Part shown: piece by piece, positions 25,301 through 32,000 of the stretch
Numbering within the stretch: the stretch's first letter is position 1
Layout of the letters: each line of letters begins with the position of its first letter
Source of the DNA: Nonlabens ponticola
Lineage (GTDB): Bacteria > Bacteroidota > Bacteroidia > Flavobacteriales > Flavobacteriaceae
Length of the DNA stretch: 32,000 nucleotides
Direction of reading: 5' to 3'
Assembly (NCBI RefSeq): GCF_003966335.1
Contig: NZ_CP034549.1
Location: 2,550,001-2,582,000 of the forward strand
The notes under the pieces: generated by a model
The model's database searches: none
The model's input: the letters and a program-made list of their open reading frames with translations, nothing else
What the model was told of the DNA's origin: nothing
Made by a program: the position numbers and the translations under genes

Positions 25301-25550
25301 CAAATTATGTATGGGGCAAAATCAGGTATTACCAGATTTGGTTGCTCAATTTGAAAGGGATATTAGAGGGAATAGAAAGGTTTCCGCTTTCGCGAAAGCG
25401 TTACAAACAGCAATCATTGAGGTATCTGGCATACAAGAGGAATTAGGGCTGGACTCTCTCGCAACTCGCGGTGCGGTCAACTTGATGAGTAAAAGCATCA
25501 ATAAGGAAGACACCCTAGAGTTAATAAGTTATCTAGTCATTAAAGAATGA
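22380..25550 (+). CDS. SNF2-family (SF2) helicase/translocase with an unassigned ~220-aa N-terminal domain
   Basis: Motif I IADSVGLGKT, Ia ILVLAPKKLRENW, II DLVVIDESHNFRN, III MLSATPVNN, V FCTDCISEGQNLQD, VI HWNPVRIIQRFGRIDRIGS. The N-terminal region has a PLD-like layout, but I cannot find an HxK motif (IQIRKGG instead). Confidence 0.85.
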   Translation: MQLINNQDSLLLDVLKSKINAQSNISISCNYFTSFALFELIDVLKSASKVEVLLDFQPEKEEEFKFIQSDSEKKLNLKLDRKNRITQVLKLLADKIQIRKGGTGNQNLVIVENENISTCYLLTPLNLDSVSLGVLPSELPVFINSFDDPNNQYLGLFQNSWNNSSLSLNDTIIAKLEKGTRDYTGEEIYKYCIREIFQYSTINERADEKLQKVGFKDSKIWSLLYNFQKDAVIGAIEKIETYGGCIIADSVGLGKTFEGLAVMKYYQLRNDRILVLAPKKLRENWTVYQMNDKRNILAQDRLNYDVLNHTDLSRNKGKSGDIDLEMINWGNYDLVVIDESHNFRNNPTKRGMTRYKRLMNDVIKSNIRTKVLMLSATPVNNKMNDLKNQIAFITEGDDEAFMSHGIDSISQVMKDSQRRFTQWFRDGDPDDLNVNSLMESLDGAYFRILDMLTIARSRKHIEKYYDTTNIGKFPNRLKPDTVHPEIDTHGKFKNIGQVYDEISTLTLASYTPLGYVRADKRDYYEQKYDMQTHTGSVFKQVDREQSLIYLMRVNLLKRLESSIYSFKLTTKKLIELVDSNLKQLREHQNGEVDYDLNITDIDLDDTELDDLLIGGKTKVLIQDIDTIRWRQDLEHDKHILTQLLGSIKLIDVERDAKLKELKDRLSIKIDNQPYNTGNKKAIIFTAFADTANYLYDELSDWLKTEKGLHTALVTGSGTNKTNMPKCRSDLSSILTNFSPRSKNRKDIFPDEKNEIDILFCTDCISEGQNLQDCDYLVNYDIHWNPVRIIQRFGRIDRIGSINENIQLVNFFPSMELDQFIDLVARVQGRMVMLDVSATGEDNVISKSNREMQDLDYRKRQLKQLQNQVLDLEDIDGNISITDMTFNDFKIDLEKSSDRQLSDLNDIPPASYAVVKSNLNEIKDGVIFCLKDTSADFKEKLKNNILYPYFLVYLSMDGKTIVTASQTKKALDYFRKLCMGQNQVLPDLVAQFERDIRGNRKVSAFAKALQTAIIEVSGIQEELGLDSLATRGAVNLMSKSINKEDTLELISYLVIKE

Positions 25551-26317
25551 GTTACAGGTACAACGACATATTTCAAATTCCCGAACGTAGTCTGGTACAA
25601 CAACGATTGACCAAAGCCTATTTTTTAAGACAGATGGGATTGACTAGCGCTGAAAAGAAGCTAATCAATAACAATATTGAGTCGATGGAAGTCCTTGCGC
25701 AATTGATTCCAGAAAAAAGTAATATACCAGCTGTTGTAAACGACATTGATAGTTTTGAACAAGTGTTGGTGATTATATGTACAGTATCAACAAACGAACT
25801 GGATAAACTTGCTGAAAAGTGTATTCATTTTATACAAAAATACATTTCACATCAGGTCGTATTGATAATAGAAGATGATTTTCATTTTATACTCAATGCA
25901 GCAGATAAGCGCATTAATCAAGCGGACAACTCAAAGCTAACCATTGAACGGTATTTTAATACTAGTAAATTATCAAAGCTGTATAAAAATGAGCATGGTG
26001 AATCATTCTTTGAGGGATTGAATTTTTCAAACCTAGATAAGAAGAATCTAGAATTACTGTACAAAAGCTATATACAAGCCATTGTTCAATATCAAGCTGC
26101 AAGTATAACGGGAACATACCAAAAACGAAGTAACGCTCGTACGGCTCAAGATATGGAGCACCTAGCTCAAATAGAACAGTTAGAGAGAGACATCCTATCA
26201 TTTGCAGGTCAAATAAAAAAAGAATCACAGCTAAACGAGAAAGTGCGATTAAACATGAAAATACAAGAGAAAAGAAATCAAATAAAAGACCTAAAGCATC
26301 TACTGAATGAACATTAG
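25547..26317 (+). CDS. 256-aa hypothetical protein, DUF4391-like by recollection, with C-terminal coiled coil
   Basis: ATGA overlap with the SNF2 stop. Its size and its position between an SNF2-like helicase and a Mod methylase match how I remember DUF4391 genes occurring. C-terminal QIEQLERDILSFAGQIKKESQLNEKVRLNMKIQEKRNQIKDLKHLL is heptad-like. The family assignment is unverified. Confidence 0.5.
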   Translation: MSYRYNDIFQIPERSLVQQRLTKAYFLRQMGLTSAEKKLINNNIESMEVLAQLIPEKSNIPAVVNDIDSFEQVLVIICTVSTNELDKLAEKCIHFIQKYISHQVVLIIEDDFHFILNAADKRINQADNSKLTIERYFNTSKLSKLYKNEHGESFFEGLNFSNLDKKNLELLYKSYIQAIVQYQAASITGTYQKRSNARTAQDMEHLAQIEQLERDILSFAGQIKKESQLNEKVRLNMKIQEKRNQIKDLKHLLNEH

Positions 26318-28064
26318 CAAAGAGAGTCTCATAAAATTATTCAATACTGGAACGAATCAATATGTAATTCCGTTTTTTCAAAGACCTTATGTTTGGAAAA
26401 AAGAGGACTGTGAAAATCTTTATGAGGATTTAGAGAATACGTTAAGAATCAATAAGGAAAAGGTTATCTCTGAGCACCATAAAGAACATTTTATAGGTAC
26501 AATCATTACTAAAAATAGCCCTGCCAGTACACAGATGACCGCTCAATATGATTTGGTCGACGGTCAACAGCGTATGACTACTTTTTCACTGCTAATCAAA
26601 GCTCTAGCAAATAACGTTGATTTGTCCGAAGAAAATGCAGGTCACCTGTATGAAAACCTTAATGGCTCACTATTCTTTAAGGATGCTTACGGTAAAATAC
26701 ACAACAGAATTATCCACAATAGACTAGACAAAAAGGCATTTGATTTGATTATGGGGTCAGATGGAACAACTGATAAAGAAATTAGAGACATTAATAATAA
26801 AATAGTTGACACCTACATTTACTTTAGACAGAAATACAGTGGTCTAACTAATGACGAGCTTTTAGAAAGAAATTTCACCCTTTTACACCGTTTTCCTGCA
26901 ATCAACATGGTACTTGAACAACACGATGATGAGCAGGAGATTTTTGATACCATTAATTCCCTGGGAGTGAAATTAACCACCTCAGAGTTATTGAAGAACC
27001 ACATTTTTAGTGATAAACGGTCTCAAGAATTGTACACTGAATACTGGGAAGATATTTTTGAAGCAGATGAAGAAACTGTGGCATTTTGGAACGCGAAAAA
27101 GACAGCGGGTAGAGTATATCGTGAGAATATTGATGTGCTACTGTATTGCTATTTGCTTATTGAGAAAGAAAAGGATGTTTCTTTAGAGCATTTATTTAAA
27201 GACTATAAAGAATGGCTTTCGACAAAATCCTTTGAAGAAAAACAAGAATTTCTGAAAACTCTAAAAAATTATGCAGATGTTTATTTCAATTTGCCATCGG
27301 GTACTGAGTTAAACAATATGAGATTTAGTGATAATGAAAAACGATTTTTTCACGTCATTGAAAATTTGAATATTACAACTATATACCCTTTAGTACTCTA
27401 TTTATATAACAACATTGAGGATGAGGCAGAACGTGAAAAATGCTTCCTTTTGCTAGAAAGTTACCTCGTTAGAAGGGCAGTTTGTAAGCTAACCACAAAA
27501 AATTATAACAACTTATTTATATCACTAATCAGACAACTAAAGAACGGAGATAGCGAACAAGCTATTTCTACAAGGTTGAACGATATTCTACAAGGATACT
27601 CTGAAGATACGGCTAGATTCCCAAGTGACGAGGATTTTAGAAACGGTTTTCACAATACAAAATTGAGTAACCAACAAGCAAGAGAAATTCTATTTTTAAT
27701 TTCTTTATATCAAATAAATACTGTTTTACATGACTTGACGACATTAAGTTGTAATGCCTTTTCAACCGAACATATTATGCCTAAAAAATGGTCAGAAAAC
27801 TGGTTCAAAGATTTGACCCCTGAAGAAAGTTTTGAAAGAAATAGAAAACTACTCACTTTAGGAAATCTGACCATCATTACCAAAAATCTTAATAGTAAAC
27901 TTCGTAATTCAGCGTGGGAAAACAAACGTAGTATTCTCAACCAGTATTCAAGTTTACCTATAACAACTAATTACACTTCATCTGAGCATTGGGATGAAGA
28001 AACCATATCAAATAGAGCAAATGACCTAACTGATTTAGCTCTTGTAATCTGGAAAAAGCACTAA
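26307..28064 (+). CDS. DUF262 (ParB-like NTPase) plus DUF1524 (His-Me finger) protein, GmrSD-like Type IV modification-dependent restriction enzyme
   Basis: N-terminal YVIPFFQRPYVWKKEDCENLYEDL and DGQQRMTT (DUF262). C-terminal STEHIMPKKW...LGNLTIITKNLNSKLRNSAWENK (DUF1524 HNH-like). Overlaps the upstream gene by 11 nt. Confidence 0.8.
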   Translation: MNISKESLIKLFNTGTNQYVIPFFQRPYVWKKEDCENLYEDLENTLRINKEKVISEHHKEHFIGTIITKNSPASTQMTAQYDLVDGQQRMTTFSLLIKALANNVDLSEENAGHLYENLNGSLFFKDAYGKIHNRIIHNRLDKKAFDLIMGSDGTTDKEIRDINNKIVDTYIYFRQKYSGLTNDELLERNFTLLHRFPAINMVLEQHDDEQEIFDTINSLGVKLTTSELLKNHIFSDKRSQELYTEYWEDIFEADEETVAFWNAKKTAGRVYRENIDVLLYCYLLIEKEKDVSLEHLFKDYKEWLSTKSFEEKQEFLKTLKNYADVYFNLPSGTELNNMRFSDNEKRFFHVIENLNITTIYPLVLYLYNNIEDEAEREKCFLLLESYLVRRAVCKLTTKNYNNLFISLIRQLKNGDSEQAISTRLNDILQGYSEDTARFPSDEDFRNGFHNTKLSNQQAREILFLISLYQINTVLHDLTTLSCNAFSTEHIMPKKWSENWFKDLTPEESFERNRKLLTLGNLTIITKNLNSKLRNSAWENKRSILNQYSSLPITTNYTSSEHWDEETISNRANDLTDLALVIWKKH

Positions 28065-28068
28065 TAAA

Positions 28069-29940
28069 ATGGAGAAAATAACCAAAGACCATAGCCTTTC
28101 TCAAAGCGAGAACCTCGTAGAAAGCAATATAGATAAGTTAAAGGCATTATTTCCAGAGATAGTCACCGAAGGGAAAATTGATTTCAAAGTACTACAAGAA
28201 GTATTAGGAAACGAGCTAGAAGAAGGCGAAGAATATTACCGCTTTACTTGGGCTGGGAAAGCAAACGCAAGAAGAGAAGCCCAGAAACCAAGTACAGGAA
28301 CCTTACGACCAGCACCAGAAGAAAGCGTAGATTGGGACACTACTCAAAACCTTTACATTGAAGGCGATAACCTAGAAGTGCTAAAACTACTACAGAAAGG
28401 ATACGCTGGTAAGGTGAAAATGATTTACATAGACCCACCATATAACACGGGTAAGGACTTTGTGTATAAAGACAATTACAAAGACAACCTACGTAATTAC
28501 CAAGAAGTTACAGGGCAAATAGATGATGAAGGCAACAAACTAAGTACCAACAGCGATAGTGATGGACGTTTCCATTCCAACTGGCTCAATATGATGTATC
28601 CTCGTTTGCGTTTAGCTAGAAATTTACTAAGTGAGTCAGGTCTTTTATTTGTGTCTATTGATGATAATGAAAGCTCTAATCTGAAAAAATTATTGGACGA
28701 GGTTTTTGGTGAAGATAATTTTATAAACCGTATTAGCTGGAGAAGAAGACATAATCAACCAAATGATAAGACGAAAATGGTTGGTATTGTATCTGAAAGT
28801 ATTTTTATTTTCGGTAAAAAAAGCTCTAATCTCAAATATGGAGAAAGTTTTTATGGTTTGCCATTATCTGAAAAAAGAGCTTCAGATTTTACCAATCCAG
28901 ATTCAGACCCAAATGGAAAATGGACTTCTAATCCTTGGAAGGCAGCAGTAGGAAGAGGCGGAAGTTCTTATGTGATAAACACTCCTTCTGGGGAAAAACT
29001 TGATAATACTTGGTATGGTAATGAAGAAACTTTTAAGAAACATTTAGATGATAAAAGAGTTCATTGGACTGATAATGGAAGTGGTTTCCCAAGAATAAAA
29101 ATCTATCTAAAAGAAAAAATGAAAGATGGTCAATTAGCTCATAATTTCTGGGGTCATAAAGAATTTGGGTCTAATCAAGATGCATCAAACGAGTTGTCGG
29201 AACTATTTAGTCTAAAAGGTTTATTTGACAATCCAAAACCAGTTAAACTTTTAACTCAAATTCTATCTATTTCCTCATCTGATGATGATTTAATATTAGA
29301 TTTTTTCTCAGGTTCTGCATCAACAGCTCATTCCATTTTTGAGTCTAATATTTTACATTCTGCTAAAAGACAATTTATCCAAGTTCAGTTGCCTGAAGAA
29401 ATAGACGAAAAAGAACCTGCGTATAAAGCAGGTTATAGAAGGATTTCCGATTTAGGGAAAGAACGCATTCGTAGAGCAGCCAAAAAAATAGCGGAAGAAT
29501 ACCCAGAAAAAGCCAAAGAATTAGACTTAGGCTTTAAAGTTTTTAAACTCGATACCAGTAACATAAAGGGTTGGGATGGTAATCCAGATAACCTAGACGA
29601 TAGTCTTTTTGATGCACAGGATAATATAAAAACAGACCGTACAGAGCACGATGTACTCTATGAGATACTACTTAAATATGGTCTAGACCTTACACTACCT
29701 ATTGAAGAGAAAGAGATAGCAGGTAAAACAGTTTTTAGTGTAGGTTATGGTGCTTTATTTATTTGTCTAGCAGATACCATTACCAGTAAAGTAGCGGAAG
29801 GTATTGGTAAATGGAAGTCAGCATTGCAACCAGAAGTATGTAGAGTTGTTTTTAAAGACTCAGGTTTTACAGATGTTGAGAAAACCAATAGTGTACAGAT
29901 TTTAAAACGTTTTGGTATAACAGAAATAAAAAGTATCTAA
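28069..29940 (+). CDS. mod: Type III restriction-modification Mod subunit (beta-class N6-adenine/N4-cytosine DNA methyltransferase)
   Basis: Motif IV MIYIDPPYNTG precedes motif I LILDFFSGSASTAHS (beta-class order). A variable central region fits a TRD. The Res gene follows after 4 nt. Confidence 0.85.
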   Translation: MEKITKDHSLSQSENLVESNIDKLKALFPEIVTEGKIDFKVLQEVLGNELEEGEEYYRFTWAGKANARREAQKPSTGTLRPAPEESVDWDTTQNLYIEGDNLEVLKLLQKGYAGKVKMIYIDPPYNTGKDFVYKDNYKDNLRNYQEVTGQIDDEGNKLSTNSDSDGRFHSNWLNMMYPRLRLARNLLSESGLLFVSIDDNESSNLKKLLDEVFGEDNFINRISWRRRHNQPNDKTKMVGIVSESIFIFGKKSSNLKYGESFYGLPLSEKRASDFTNPDSDPNGKWTSNPWKAAVGRGGSSYVINTPSGEKLDNTWYGNEETFKKHLDDKRVHWTDNGSGFPRIKIYLKEKMKDGQLAHNFWGHKEFGSNQDASNELSELFSLKGLFDNPKPVKLLTQILSISSSDDDLILDFFSGSASTAHSIFESNILHSAKRQFIQVQLPEEIDEKEPAYKAGYRRISDLGKERIRRAAKKIAEEYPEKAKELDLGFKVFKLDTSNIKGWDGNPDNLDDSLFDAQDNIKTDRTEHDVLYEILLKYGLDLTLPIEEKEIAGKTVFSVGYGALFICLADTITSKVAEGIGKWKSALQPEVCRVVFKDSGFTDVEKTNSVQILKRFGITEIKSI

Positions 29941-29944
29941 GTCT

Positions 29945-32000
29945 ATGAAGATTCAATTTGACAGTAGCTTAGATTACCAAAGAGATGCTATGAAAGCCAT
30001 TACAGGGATATTTCAAGGTCAAGAAATATGTGAGGCTAACTTTACCGTGTACTCACCAGAATTCTTAGCAAAACAGCAAAATATCGCCTTCAATGAGATA
30101 GGATATGGTAACCGTTTAACGCTTACCGAAGGTAATCTAGTAGAGAACGTTCAAAACCTTCAATTAGCAAATGGTTTAAAGCCTAGTGAACGTAGCGAGA
30201 TAGACAGAAACCATTTAGATTTTACCATAGAGATGGAAACAGGTACAGGTAAAACCTATGTGTATTTGCGTTCTATTATGGAGTTATACACCAAATATGG
30301 TTTTTCAAAACATATTATCGTAGTACCATCAATTCCTATCAAAGAAGGTGTGTATAAATCACTTCAAATCACTGAAGACCATTTCAAGCAATTATATGAT
30401 AACCTCAACTACAATTTCTTTATATATGACAGTAGTAAACTGAATGAAGTGCGAGACTTTTCTACCAATGATGGTTTATCCATTATGGTCATTAACATTG
30501 ATGCGTTTCGCAAAAGCTTTGAAAATCCAGAAGATGCTAAAAAGAAGGCAAACATCATTCATCGTTATAACGATAAGTTAGGATACAAGCCTTTAGACCT
30601 CATCAAAAACACAAATCCAGTAGTGTTTATCGATGAACCTCAAAGTACAATGAGTACACCACTGGCTAAAAAGGCTGTGCAAGGTTTAAATCCGTTGGCT
30701 ATTCTTCGTTATTCAGCGACACATAAAGAGAAGGTGAATTTAATGTACAAGCTGGATGCAGTAGATGCCTATGACAAAAAGCTGGTAAAGCAAATAGAAG
30801 TAGGTTCTATACAGACTGAAGGTATGAATAATCAAGCGTACATACGTTTATTAGAAGTTCGCTCAAGGCGAAATACAATAGAAGCTCGTGTTGAGGTAGA
30901 TGTAATGCAAGGTGGAAGCATTCAACGAGTCAAAAAATGGGTAAAGCAAAACCAAGACCTAGAAGAACTTACAGGACGTATTGAATATGAAGGCTACATC
31001 ATCAAAGATATTTACGTAGCCGATGAATACATCGATTTTACAAGTCGTGATGGAGAATTAAAGGTTGGTGAAGCTATTGGTAGTGTAGATGATAAACAAA
31101 TTAAGACCGCTTTGATAAGTAAAACAATCGAAGCACATTTGGATAAGGAATTAGTGCTCAATCCGCAAGGAATAAAGGTGCTCAGTTTATTCTTTATTGA
31201 TTCCGTAGGTAAATATCGAGTGTATGATGAAGAAGGAAATGCCTCTCTAGGGGAATACGCAGAAATTTTTGAAAAGGAATACCAAAAGCTCATCAAGAAA
31301 ACCAAGTATGCAAGCCTGTTTGGAGAAATGAAAGATGTTGAAGTAGATGCTTCAGAAGTTCACAATGGTTATTTTTCTATTGATAAGAAAAGTAAAGCGA
31401 GTAACAAAAAAGAGAAGTTTGAATACTTCAAGGATACCACTGGTAAAGTGAATGCAGATGAGTATACCTATAATCTTATTATGCGTGATAAGGAAAAGTT
31501 ACTGAGTTTTGATTCTAAGTTGCGTTTTATCTTTTCGCACTCAGCATTAAAAGAAGGATGGGATAATCCTAATGTGTTCCAGATATGTACGTTGAAGGAT
31601 GCTGGTAATTCAGACATTAGAAGAAGACAGGAAATTGGTCGAGGTTTACGATTATGCGTAAACCAAGATGGAGAACGTGTATATGGCTTTGAAACCAATA
31701 CATTAACCGTAATGGCTACAGAATCTTATGTGGATTTTGTAGATAACCTTCAGAAGGAAATTGAAGCCGATACAGGAATTAAATTCGGAATTCTGGAATC
31801 ACACAGTTTTAATAATGTCGTTATGAGTATCGATGGTGATGAGGTAGAATATTTAGGTCAAGAAAAATCAGAACAACTTTATGACTTCCTCATCCTAAAA
31901 GGATACATCGATATGAGAGGTAAAGTACAAGATTTACTGCGTATTGCTATAAAAGATGATGCAGTAGAACTTCCTGAAGAATTTACTGAAAGTGAACACG
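29945..32000 (+). CDS. res: Type III restriction enzyme Res subunit (SF2 helicase-nuclease), 3-prime end beyond the window
   Basis: Hand translation from the ATG at 29945: MKIQFDSSLDYQRDAMKAITGIFQGQ...LDFTIEMETGTGKTYVYLRSIMELYTKYGFSKHIIVVPSIPIKEGV...PVVFIDEPQS...LRYSATH. This is the characteristic Res N-terminus, Walker A and DEPQ box. The frame appears open through 32000, although the final ~1.2 kb was not translated codon by codon. It is missing from the track because there is no stop in the window. Confidence 0.85.
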   Translation, partial: MKIQFDSSLDYQRDAMKAITGIFQGQEICEANFTVYSPEFLAKQQNIAFNEIGYGNRLTLTEGNLVENVQNLQLANGLKPSERSEIDRNHLDFTIEMETGTGKTYVYLRSIMELYTKYGFSKHIIVVPSIPIKEGVYKSLQITEDHFKQLYDNLNYNFFIYDSSKLNEVRDFSTNDGLSIMVINIDAFRKSFENPEDAKKKANIIHRYNDKLGYKPLDLIKNTNPVVFIDEPQSTMSTPLAKKAVQGLNPLAILRYSATHKEKVNLMYKLDAVDAYDKKLVKQIEVGSIQTEGMNNQAYIRLLEVRSRRNTIEARVEVDVMQGGSIQRVKKWVKQNQDLEELTGRIEYEGYIIKDIYVADEYIDFTSRDGELKVGEAIGSVDDKQIKTALISKTIEAHLDKELVLNPQGIKVLSLFFIDSVGKYRVYDEEGNASLGEYAEIFEKEYQKLIKKTKYASLFGEMKDVEVDASEVHNGYFSIDKKSKASNKKEKFEYFKDTTGKVNADEYTYNLIMRDKEKLLSFDSKLRFIFSHSALKEGWDNPNVFQICTLKDAGNSDIRRRQEIGRGLRLCVNQDGERVYGFETNTLTVMATESYVDFVDNLQKEIEADTGIKFGILESHSFNNVVMSIDGDEVEYLGQEKSEQLYDFLILKGYIDMRGKVQDLLRIAIKDDAVELPEEFTESEH

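Noticed and set aside
22380-32000. Class 1 DISARM (SNF2 DrmD plus adenine methylase)
   Set aside because: No DUF1998 (DrmB), DrmA helicase or separate PLD (DrmC) gene is present in the window. The methylase is followed by a textbook Type III Res. This cannot be fully excluded because the operon continues past 32000.

Overview
Low-GC window with Bacteroidota/Flavobacteriia hallmarks: no Shine-Dalgarno sequences, a TAnnTTTG-type -7 box, Bacteroides-type tyrosine integrases and a MobC-family protein. Almost all of it looks like accessory DNA, laid out as a near mirror image around a 400-bp intergenic hinge (16922-17327). All long genes left of the hinge are on the minus strand. All long genes right of it are on the plus strand, except one 67-aa HTH gene. 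Two tyrosine integrase genes diverge from the hinge. Each is followed by the same order of backbone genes: integrase, a 330-360 aa unknown, a small Xis-like HTH, then a replication-type protein. Each arm ends in a tightly packed six-gene defence operon. Left operon (11374 down to 777): Type IIG restriction-modification enzyme, 567-aa NERD-like nuclease protein, 123-aa unknown, OLD-family ATPase/TOPRIM nuclease (GajA-like), UvrD-like helicase (GajB-like), and a 486-aa wHTH plus PD-(D/E)xK protein. Right operon (22185 to beyond 32000): XRE-type HTH, SNF2-family helicase, 256-aa DUF4391-like protein, DUF262/DUF1524 (GmrSD-like) Type IV nuclease, Type III Mod, and Type III Res (runs off the window). 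The best candidates for something undescribed are (a) the unassigned nuclease-motif genes translationally coupled into the RM-plus-Gabija operon and (b) the SNF2 plus DUF4391-like add-on to the Type III module. Also notable: a 481-aa ORF with compressed family-A DNA polymerase motifs, two long non-coding regions with structured repeats (11916-12876 and 21401-21843), a duplicated 34-nt dyad/promoter element, and an over-represented TTCGCGAA-core palindrome. All functional calls rest on motifs read by eye. No database search was possible.
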